From contig JANOQV010000009.1 in assembly GCA_031414955.1 (NCBI GenBank), forward strand, positions 1 through 48,671: 48,671 nucleotides of DNA, written 5' to 3'. The stretch's first letter is position 1. Each line of letters opens with the position of its first letter. The notes below the pieces were generated by a model that saw only the letters and a program-made list of their open reading frames with translations, was not told the origin of the DNA and ran no database searches. Source of the stretch: Pedosphaera sp. (lineage in GTDB: Bacteria; Verrucomicrobiota; Verrucomicrobiia; Limisphaerales; SIBH01). The translations under genes and the position numbers were made by a program. Of this stretch, positions 41,230 through 48,671 are shown one piece after another.

Positions 41230-41700
41230 TTACTTCTTCTTCGCAGGTTGGCGCCCTTGCGCTTCTCCTCGATGGCCGCCTGGGCGGCGGCGAGGCGGGC
41301 GACGGGGACGCGGTAGGGTGAGCAACTCACGTAGCTGAGGCCGAGCTTGTGGCAGAACTTCACAACATGGATGCAGGCCCCGCCTGCTCGCCGCCGTGTT
41401 CGCCGCAGATGCCGAGCTTGATGTCGGGCCGGGTCTTGCCGCCCTTCTCGATGGCGATTTGCATGGGGTAGGGCGGGCGACTCGCCTGCCTGAGCGCGTC
41501 TCGCCGCAAAAGGCCGACGCGGGTCTGGTCAATCGTGGCAAAGGGTGGGCGTCCGCCAGAACTTCTTCTTCACGATTTCCAGTTCCGCGTAGCCGGGCAG
41601 GAAGCTGCCGGAGTCGTCGCGGGACATGCCGAGCGCGGTCTGCGTGAGATCGTTGGTGCCGAAGCTGAAGAACTCGGCGGTGTGCGCGATCTCGTCGGCC
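41230..41700 (-). pseudogene. ppdK: ppdK 3'-end copy A, degenerate
   Basis: [29 protein letters not shown]...GICGEHGGE...[20 protein letters not shown]; three short insertions and frameshifts. Confidence 0.92.
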
Positions 41701-41783
41701 AGGGCTATAAGCCCGACAGATGATGGCCCAGGGCAACGCCCTGGGTTAATCGTCAAACAAGTTGTTCAAGCCCTGTAAGGGCG
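41701..41783 (+). repeat. REP-like left arm of RM cassette 1
   Basis: AGGGCTATAAGCCCGACAGATGATGGCCCAGGGCAACGCCCTGGG...AGCCCTGTAAGGGCG; first 36 nt match the reverse complement of 45062-45097 at 31/36. Confidence 0.85.
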
Positions 41784-41837
41784 AGGTAACGATGTCGCCG
41801 CCCGCATAGAACGCTGACAACGGCAGGTCGTCAGGCA

Positions 41838-43835
41838 TCAAGTGAGAACCGCATCATCAATGCTATTCAGTAGCCGTTGAATTCGCCCCGTCTCCTTGCG
41901 TTGCACCAAGTATTCGCTGTAGATGTGGCGCGTGTTATCCAAGAGTTCTTTGTAAAGCAACACACGCATTCCCTTCCTGCGAAAGACATCCTCATCTTCG
42001 TCGCGCCGCTTCGGATTGTTCCAGTTCTTGAGCGGAACTCCGATCAGAAACACGACTTCAATCGGCTCGTTCTCCCTCCTGCGGTTCACGAGCAATGCAG
42101 TCAGTCCATCGCGATACTTCTCGCCCTGCTTGAGCAAATCGCCGAGTTCCATCTTCCGTTCAGGCCGTTTCAGTTCGATGATGACGTGGGTCTTGGAGGT
42201 TGTGGAATACTTGATGTCGAAGCGCGCCTTTCGCTCATCCTCAGAAATTTCCGATTCGGCAAAATCGATGAACTCTTTCCGCAGCCCGGACTCGACGTAT
42301 TCCGTGTCTGTGGCCCGCTCCCACGCGGGGTCGAGCAACCACAAGTGCGAGTAAACGTAATCTCGGATGACAGATTCGAGTTCGTTGCTGTCCACCTTCG
42401 ACTCCAGTGCCTCAATGACTTCGATTCGTCCGCTAAGAATCTGATGATAAAGGCTGGCTTCAATGTCGTCCAAGTCCGCAAAAATTTCACCGACGAGAGC
42501 TATATCCTCGGGTTTAATTTTCTCCAAGGCATCCAAATTTTCTTTGTAGCGTAAGTGCTCAAACGCCAAGACCCCGTATTTGAAGAGCTGTTTCTTGTCC
42601 TGCGGTGATTCGATGGTGAGTTGGTTGATTTTGCCAAACAGCGAACTCGCCTTGCGCTTGCCGTCACCCCCGAGGTCGTTGAACCACGCTTTGATGGCGG
42701 GTATCTGCATCGCCTCCTCAGTTCCGCGTTTGTTGCGGAGATCGGTCCACTTGTTCTGGATATGCTTCAACTCCTGTTGAATGAACTCGCGCAGAGCAAC
42801 GTAGCGTGGATCATCCTCCATGATTTTCTGACGACTGCTGGTGGCAATGTCGTCCTGCTCGTTCAGGTCGAGAAAGTCCGCGTGAATCTCGCCAATCAGA
42901 TACTTGGAATACATCCCGCCTTCGTTGAAGTCCTCAAGGATGTCTTCCTGCGCCATCTTTCCCCGCACCATCACGACAATCTTGTTGAGGTTGTCCTCCT
43001 CGTCTTTCAAGTCACCAGACTCCCGGACGGTGCCAATCCAACCCGTGACCTGAAACTTCTGCGCCGGGTCGTCTCCCTCGGTAGGAAGCGCGATTTCATT
43101 CGCGCGCTCTTCGCACGAACCAAGTTTGTCAGGGTTGGAGATGGGCAGCGCATCAATAGTCCCATAGTGCCAAAGGAACTGGAGCTTCGAGAAATAGCCG
43201 CGATCAACGATGCTGACCGGCTTCGAGTTGATCTTCAGCGCGAAACACGATTTCTCGCCGAGGATGCTGAAACGGCGAGCCAGTCGCTTCCGTAAGGCCG
43301 CTTCGGTCTGATGTTGGCTCTTCTTCAGTTCAGCAAGGACAATTCGCGTGCCCTTCTGGAGGTCAGCCGGAAAGTCGGAAAGAACCGAGGGCTGATAATC
43401 AGATTCCTTCCGCGAAATTTTTGCCTCAATTTCGGAAAGAAGCATTTTGAAGCCGCGCTTATCGCCATTTTTGACGGTGTAAATTCGGATGTCCTTAGCG
43501 ATGGAAAACAGTGAAAGCTTGCCGATTCCCTTTCGCCCCATCACTGGGCGCAACAGAGTCGGCGAGACTGCGCCTTGATTGCCTGGGTCGCGACGGCGGT
43601 AGCCAATCGTGAGGAATTTTCCGTTGATGTCTTCCAAATCCATGCCGTGACCATTGTCGGTTATCACAATTGTGCCGCCGCGCTTATCGATCACGATGTC
43701 CACACTTTCGGCATCTGCATCCCAAGCGTTGGCTACGGTCTCCGACAAAACCGCAGGAACATTGCTGTAAAGATTGATGCCGAGATGGTTGAGCAAGTTT
43801 AGGCTCAACGTCATGTGGTAAGGCGATTCAGGCAT
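41838..43835 (-). CDS. GHKL-ATPase / PD-(D/E)xK restriction endonuclease (HgiDII/BbrUII-like)
   Basis: ETVANAWDADA, DNGHGM, GRKGIGKLS, GT GHKL motifs; HLWLLDPAW; RFDI...IIELKRP nuclease motif; coupled to an m5C MTase; lower GC than the flanks. Confidence 0.8.
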   Translation of the reverse strand: MPESPYHMTLSLNLLNHLGINLYSNVPAVLSETVANAWDADAESVDIVIDKRGGTIVITDNGHGMDLEDINGKFLTIGYRRRDPGNQGAVSPTLLRPVMGRKGIGKLSLFSIAKDIRIYTVKNGDKRGFKMLLSEIEAKISRKESDYQPSVLSDFPADLQKGTRIVLAELKKSQHQTEAALRKRLARRFSILGEKSCFALKINSKPVSIVDRGYFSKLQFLWHYGTIDALPISNPDKLGSCEERANEIALPTEGDDPAQKFQVTGWIGTVRESGDLKDEEDNLNKIVVMVRGKMAQEDILEDFNEGGMYSKYLIGEIHADFLDLNEQDDIATSSRQKIMEDDPRYVALREFIQQELKHIQNKWTDLRNKRGTEEAMQIPAIKAWFNDLGGDGKRKASSLFGKINQLTIESPQDKKQLFKYGVLAFEHLRYKENLDALEKIKPEDIALVGEIFADLDDIEASLYHQILSGRIEVIEALESKVDSNELESVIRDYVYSHLWLLDPAWERATDTEYVESGLRKEFIDFAESEISEDERKARFDIKYSTTSKTHVIIELKRPERKMELGDLLKQGEKYRDGLTALLVNRRRENEPIEVVFLIGVPLKNWNNPKRRDEDEDVFRRKGMRVLLYKELLDNTRHIYSEYLVQRKETGRIQRLLNSIDDAVLT

Positions 43836-44913
43836 GATGTTCCTCCAAGTGTCGTTTGATGGTTTTCCCGACTATCTCTCCCAGCCGCACCGGAACCGCG
43901 TTGCCAATCATTCGCCCGATGGTCTTGAAGCAGTATCTGCCGCCAGGCGGCACGAACTCGTAGTCCTCCGGGAACGATTGGAGAATTGCACCTTCGCGCA
44001 GTGAGATGGCGCGGTCTTGCTCAGGATGGCCGAAGCGCCCGTTGCCGAAGCCGAAGAACTGCGTGGTGATGGTGGGCGAGGGTTTGTCCCACTCCATGCG
44101 GCCATAAACGCTCGGGTAGGTCTTGCCAGTCTTGACCTGGTGGCACTTGGCGACGAGTTCGCGCGGCCAGTCGCGCCAGGTGCCGCCGGGCCGGGAACGG
44201 CGGATGCGGCGGAGATTGAGCGGTGAGAGTTCGCTGGTGCGGTGGAGCGGGTCGGCGGGGGACACGTCGCCCGCTGCGAGCGCCGGCAGAGGGCGCAACA
44301 CATCGCAAACTTTGCGGTGCTGGGTGGGCGCGTGCGTGGGCGCGATGAGTTCGATGGGGCCGAGACGTGAAGCAATCAGCACAAGGCGGCGGCGGTGTTG
44401 CGGGATGCCGTAGTCGGGGCAATAGACGACTTGCTTCTCGCGATCCTCGGTGAAGTGAAAGCCCTCGTCGGCGAGCGTGGCGAGGAAACGGTCGAAGATG
44501 GAGTGGCGCTGAATTTCAGGAACATTCTCCATCGAAACAATGTCGGGCTTCAGCTCGCGCACGAGGCGGGCGAATTCATTGAGCAGTTTCCATTTCGGAT
44601 CGTCGCCGTTGTCGCGACCTTGCGTGTATTTCGAGAAGGTCTGACAAGGGGCGCAGCCCACAAGGATACGCGTGTGCCCAGCGGGATAATGGGCGGCAAG
44701 CATTGCGCCAGTCACTTCGGTGACGCTGATTTTTTTGAACTCGGCTCCGGGGTTATTGTGTTCGTAAGGGAAGTGGCACGCAGCATCCACGTCGTAACCA
44801 GCGGCGACGGGAATCCCGGCGTCGAGCAAGCCGCGCGTCAACCCGCCCGCGCCGCTGAAGATGTCAACTGCGGTAGCGCGTGCCGGTTTGGTGCGTGAGG
44901 AACGGCGGCTCAT
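43828..44913 (-). CDS. C5-cytosine DNA methyltransferase
   Basis: DIFSGAGG (I), GCAPCQ (IV), ENV (VI), YGIPQHRRR (VIII), REGAILQSFP (IX), IGNAVP (X). Confidence 0.96.
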   Translation of the reverse strand: MSRRSSRTKPARATAVDIFSGAGGLTRGLLDAGIPVAAGYDVDAACHFPYEHNNPGAEFKKISVTEVTGAMLAAHYPAGHTRILVGCAPCQTFSKYTQGRDNGDDPKWKLLNEFARLVRELKPDIVSMENVPEIQRHSIFDRFLATLADEGFHFTEDREKQVVYCPDYGIPQHRRRLVLIASRLGPIELIAPTHAPTQHRKVCDVLRPLPALAAGDVSPADPLHRTSELSPLNLRRIRRSRPGGTWRDWPRELVAKCHQVKTGKTYPSVYGRMEWDKPSPTITTQFFGFGNGRFGHPEQDRAISLREGAILQSFPEDYEFVPPGGRYCFKTIGRMIGNAVPVRLGEIVGKTIKRHLEEHHA

Positions 44914-44997
44914 GTTTCACGCATTGTTTCCAGAACTGCGACGGACGCGCAAGGTTCCAAGCGAGTCCGGTCGGAGTTTATCAGAGAGGCGGCTCTG

Positions 44998-45097
44998 GCA
45001 CCACTTCAGGGTGCATGAACTCTCTGGACGGTTGACCCGGGGCGTCGCTCGCGGACTCGCTTTGCCCGGGGCTATCATCTGTCGGTCTTTCAGCCCT
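44998..45097 (-). repeat. REP-like right arm of RM cassette 1 (inverted)
   Basis: GCACCACTTCAGGGTGC...CCCGGGGCGTCGCTCGCGGACTCGCTTTGCCCGGGGCTATCATCTGTCGGTCTTTCAGCCCT. Confidence 0.85.
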
Positions 45098-45111
45098 GCT
45101 TTGGAGGCGGC

Positions 45112-45144
45112 AAACAAAAAGCCGCCCCGGTTTCCCGGAGCGGC
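45112..45144 (-). terminator. intrinsic terminator after ppdK copy B
   Basis: GCCGCTCCGG-GAAA-CCGGGGCGGC followed by TTTTTGTTT. Confidence 0.88.
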
Positions 45145-45230
45145 CAGATGGGCGCTCACCACGAGGGCGAGCTAACCCTGCGTGCTGGACACCGAAGCGT
45201 CCGCACAAGGTCTCCTTGCGGAGACAATCC

Positions 45231-45642
45231 TTACTTCTTCTTCGCCGGCTTCGCAGCGGCCTTGCGCTTCTCCTCGATGGCAGCTTGCGCGGCGGCGCGG
45301 CGGGCGACGGGGACGCGGTAGGGCGAGCAGCTCACGTAGCTGAGGCCGAGCTTGTGGCAGAACTTCACGGAATCGGGTTCGCCGCCGTGTTCACCGCAGA
45401 TGCCGAGCTTGATGTCGGGACGGGTCTTGCGGCCCTTCTCGATCGCGATCTGCATGAGCTGGCCCACGCCGGTCTGGTCAATCGTGGCGAAGGGATTCTT
45501 CTTCACGATCTCGAGTTCCGCGTAACCGGGCAGGAAGCTGCCGGAGTCGTCGCGCGACATGCCGAGCGCGGTCTGCGTGAGGTCGTTGGGGCCGAAGCTG
45601 ATCCCGCCACGCGGGCTGGCGGTGTGTGCGATCTCGTCGGCC
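45231..45642 (-). pseudogene. ppdK: ppdK 3'-end copy B
   Basis: ADEIAHTA[SPRGGI]SFGPNDLTQ...[10 protein letters not shown]...[13 protein letters not shown]; 5'-truncated at the same point as copy A. Confidence 0.93.
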
Positions 45643-45683
45643 AGGGCTGTAAACCCGGCAGGTGATAGCCCAGGGCAAGCGAG
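45643..45683 (+). repeat. REP-like left arm of RM cassette 2
   Basis: AGGGCTGTAAACCCGGCAGGTGATAGCCCAGGGCAAGCGAG, homologous to 41701-41736. Confidence 0.8.
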
Positions 45684-45752
45684 ATGAAGTTCGCGCCCAC
45701 CAATCGCTCGTCCGCCCTCGACGGCGAACTGCCAATCAAATAATCTCCCGTT

Positions 45753-46643
45753 GTGCCGCATCCGAAACTGCCCAAGCCAACGACCTTCGCCGACTACAAG
45801 CCGGACGGGCGCAATTGGATCACCCTCGCGACCGGCGAATACTTTCCCGACATCCTCAAGGACGCCTGCCTGCTCTACGGACCAGTCCTCGTGCTTTTCG
45901 GGCAGCTCCTGCGTTCATCGGAATCCTCGACGCGGCTGATGATGCAGATTTCTGAGCAGACGGACGGCTGGATGCGCGTTCAACTCGCCCGCGTCTTTCG
46001 CAAATACGTCAGCCCCGAGACGCCGGTGGAAATGCTCAAGCAGAAATCGAAAGCGGCGAAAATCTGCGAGGAATTCGGCAAAGGCTTCCGTCCCGTTCAC
46101 GAAGTTCAGGCGGCGTTCTCCACGCGCCCGTTGCCGGATGAAGCTCTCTGCGCGCTGCTTTGGGAATACAAGGACCGTGGCAAAAAGGGCTACGACCTCA
46201 CTGAACGCCTTTTCGCCATGTTCCGGGATAAATTTCCGAACCTTCCGCTGTCCGGGCCGGAACGCGCAGGAAAGGACATTCTGCTTGGCGATGTTTTCCC
46301 GAATTATCCGAAGCCCAGCCGCCCGGTGGACTTCATCATCCGCGACCCGGTGAAAGGCGACGTGCTCGCCGTGGGCCTCGCACGCTACGACGGAGATCGC
46401 GGCGGCGCGCAGGAAGACGACCGCACCGGTGGTTACAGCAACTGTGCAGACGAAGTGCTGGCCTACGCGCGCAAGCACGGACTGCGCACCAAAGTCATCT
46501 TCATCAACGACGGCCCCGGCCTCCTGCTCGGCTCGATGTGGAATGACTACGCCGCTCTGGAGCGCAGTCACAAGGGGCGCATCCTCGTCGCCACCCTTCG
46601 CATGGTGCCGGAGCGGCTCACCCGCGAATGGCTCGCCTCTTGA
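45753..46643 (+). CDS. type II restriction endonuclease, BstEII-like from recalled similarity
   Basis: RPVDFII...[20 protein letters not shown]...FINDGPG; directly upstream of an amino-MTase. Confidence 0.72.
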   Translation: MPHPKLPKPTTFADYKPDGRNWITLATGEYFPDILKDACLLYGPVLVLFGQLLRSSESSTRLMMQISEQTDGWMRVQLARVFRKYVSPETPVEMLKQKSKAAKICEEFGKGFRPVHEVQAAFSTRPLPDEALCALLWEYKDRGKKGYDLTERLFAMFRDKFPNLPLSGPERAGKDILLGDVFPNYPKPSRPVDFIIRDPVKGDVLAVGLARYDGDRGGAQEDDRTGGYSNCADEVLAYARKHGLRTKVIFINDGPGLLLGSMWNDYAALERSHKGRILVATLRMVPERLTREWLAS

Positions 46644-46644
46644 C

Positions 46645-48153
46645 ATGGCCACCGGCATTCCAAATTCCAACGGCGGCAATGGGCGCACCCCGGCACGGAT
46701 GGGCGAAGCCGCAACAGTCACATTGACCTACCCCGGAAAGAAATCTGTCGCGGCCATTCTCGCCACGCCGCCCGCGAAAATTTCCGTCGCGTGGTCAGGC
46801 GAAACCTCTCCTAGCCGCAACGCACTTTACTACGGCGAAAACCTCGCCGTCCTCGCCGCTCTCTCCCACGACCCGCGAGTGCGGGGCAAAGTTCGCCTTA
46901 TCTACATCGACCCGCCCTACGCCACGCGCAGCGTCTTCCAGTCGCGCAAGCAGGCCGACGCTTATCACGACCTTCTCGCCGGGGCCGACTATCTCGAATT
47001 TCTCCGTGAACGCCTCATCATCCTGCGCGAACTCCTCGCCGCCGACGGCAGCATTTACGTCCACCTTGATGAAAATATGGCGTTCCAAGCCAAGGTGCTC
47101 ATGGACGAAATCTTCGGCCCGTCAAACTTCCGCAACTGGATCACGCGGAAGAAATGCAATCCCAAGAACTACACGCGCAAGACCTACGGCAACGTCTCCG
47201 ATTACATCCTCTTCTACACAAAGACCGACGATTATGTCTGGCACCGTCCGCTCATTACGTGGACCGACGAACATGCCGCGCGCGAATACACCTACGTCGA
47301 ATCCGGCACAGGACGGCGCTACAAGAAAGTTCCGATCCACGCCCCCGGCGTTCGCAACGGCGAAACCGGAAAGACATGGCGTGGCATGACGCCGCCGCCC
47401 GGCAAACACTGGCAGTATCTACCCAGCACCCTCGATGAAATGGATTCGCGCGGCGAAATCTACTGGTCCCCGACCGGCAACCCGCGCCGCAAAATTTACC
47501 TCGACCAAAGCGGTGGCATTCCAGTGCAGGACATCTGGACGGAGTTTCGCGACGCGCACAACCAGAACATTCGCATCACCGGCTACCCGACCGAGAAAAA
47601 CCCCGAGATGCTCGCGCGCATCATTGCCGCATCTTCCAAGCCCGGTGACCTCGTGCTCGATTGTTTCTGTGGCTCCGGCACCACGCTCGAAGCCGCACAC
47701 CGTCTCGGTCGTCATTGGCTCGGCGTGGACAACAGTGCCGAGGCTATCCGCACCACGCTGGCCCGCTTCGCCAAAGGCGTCGAGCCGATGGGCGATTTCG
47801 TCCGTCGGATGGAGCGCGAAGACACGACACAAAGCGATGAAACGATGCTGCCACTGTTTGACCTGAACGTCCCCATCAAGAAAACGAACGACGACAACGG
47901 CGCACACGAACCCATCACGAATTTCGCCCTTCATGTCGCCGCCGGTCTGCACAGCACCGAAGTTTTGAAGCACTGGCCCCCGGCTGGATCGTCACAGTCA
48001 TCGCCATCAGTCGGGAGCGTTGCCGACTACGACGCGGCTGCCCTTCGCGAGGAACCTGCGTCCCCACCCACCCGGGCAGTTCCGCCGCGCCGCGCAGTCC
48101 GCTATTCCGTCAAGAGAGTGAAGCGCAAGCCCGCTGCAAGAACTTCAAAATAG
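46645..48153 (+). CDS. N6A/N4C DNA methyltransferase, beta class
   Basis: LIYIDPPY (motif IV) precedes YPTEK...VLDCFCGSGTT (motif I). Confidence 0.94.
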   Translation: MATGIPNSNGGNGRTPARMGEAATVTLTYPGKKSVAAILATPPAKISVAWSGETSPSRNALYYGENLAVLAALSHDPRVRGKVRLIYIDPPYATRSVFQSRKQADAYHDLLAGADYLEFLRERLIILRELLAADGSIYVHLDENMAFQAKVLMDEIFGPSNFRNWITRKKCNPKNYTRKTYGNVSDYILFYTKTDDYVWHRPLITWTDEHAAREYTYVESGTGRRYKKVPIHAPGVRNGETGKTWRGMTPPPGKHWQYLPSTLDEMDSRGEIYWSPTGNPRRKIYLDQSGGIPVQDIWTEFRDAHNQNIRITGYPTEKNPEMLARIIAASSKPGDLVLDCFCGSGTTLEAAHRLGRHWLGVDNSAEAIRTTLARFAKGVEPMGDFVRRMEREDTTQSDETMLPLFDLNVPIKKTNDDNGAHEPITNFALHVAAGLHSTEVLKHWPPAGSSQSSPSVGSVADYDAAALREEPASPPTRAVPPRRAVRYSVKRVKRKPAARTSK

Positions 48154-48190
48154 CCGCCGGGCGTGCGTGGGCTTTCACGAAACGCTGGCC

Positions 48191-48223
48191 AACAAAAAGA
48201 CCGCCCCGGTTTCCCGGAGCGGC
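48191..48223 (-). terminator. intrinsic terminator after ppdK copy C
   Basis: CCGCTCCGG-GAAA-CCGGGGCGG followed by TCTTTTTGTT. Confidence 0.88.
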
Positions 48224-48308
48224 CAGATGGGCGCTCACCACGAGGGCGAGCAACCCTGCGTGCTGGACGCCGAAGCGTCCGCACAAGGTCTCCTTGCGGA
48301 GACAATCC

Positions 48309-48671
48309 TTACTTCTTCTTCGCCTTCGGTGCGGCGGCTTTGCGCTTCTCCTCGATGGCGGCTTGCGCGGCGGCGAGGCGGGCGACGGGGACGCGGTAGG
48401 GCGAGCAGCTCACATAGCTGAGGCCGAGCTTGTGGCAGAACTTCACGGAATCGGGTTCGCCGCCGTGTTCGCCGCAGATGCCGAGCTTGATGTCGGGCCG
48501 GGTCTTGCGGCCCTTCTCGATGGCGATCTGCATGAGCTGGCCGACACCGGTCTGGTCAATCGTGGCGAAGGGATTCTTCTTCACGATTTCCAGTTCCGCG
48601 TAGCCGGGCAGGAAGCTGCCGGAGTCGTCACGCGACATGCCGAGCGCGGTCTGCGTGAGGTCGTTGGTGCC
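48309..48671 (-). CDS. ppdK: pyruvate phosphate dikinase C-terminus, running off the window edge; may be the intact gene or a further copy
   Basis: uninterrupted [16 protein letters not shown]...[10 protein letters not shown]...[19 protein letters not shown]. Confidence 0.85.
   Translation of the reverse strand, partial: GTNDLTQTALGMSRDDSGSFLPGYAELEIVKKNPFATIDQTGVGQLMQIAIEKGRKTRPDIKLGICGEHGGEPDSVKFCHKLGLSYVSCSPYRVPVARLAAAQAAIEEKRKAAAPKAKKK

Noticed and set aside
40929..41363. 144-aa ORF read as a PpdK-antitoxin fusion
   Set aside because: Arises from a 1-nt loss in the dead ppdK copy reading through a terminator; the antitoxin has its own promoter and ATG at 41135
45753..46643. Avoidance of GGTNACC as support for BstEII-like specificity
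   Set aside because: The site occurs repeatedly (for example near 360, 1216, 6534, 8590), so composition gives no support

Overview
GC-rich bacterial chromosomal window. Gene content (prepilin-N/H-X9-DG protein, GYF/DUF4190 protein, C-terminal 'FYR' domains, repeat families) points to Verrucomicrobiota, which is an inference. Bases 1-40.6 kb are mostly housekeeping genes (HIT-phoH-ybeY-recO, MacB-like permease, murI, amidase, citrate synthase-sucC-sucD, panC, Sua5, FKBP, SUI1, rlmN). They are interrupted by a block of secreted proteins: an esterase, two Gly-rich repeat fibre proteins (one with an S74-type chaperone), an OmpR-type two-component system with matching 11-bp-period boxes, a broken M6 protease gene and a 1572-aa multidomain protein. 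The most striking region is 40.6-48.7 kb, a tandem array of defence cassettes: a RelE-type TA pair, an m5C MTase plus GHKL-ATPase nuclease, and a BstEII-like REase plus amino-MTase. The cassettes are separated by three copies of the 3' end of ppdK with its terminator. The two internal ppdK copies start at the same nucleotide, fused to a REP-like inverted repeat, and each is accompanied by a remnant of the 5' part of rlmN. No integrase is present in the window. No tRNA, rRNA or CRISPR array was seen.
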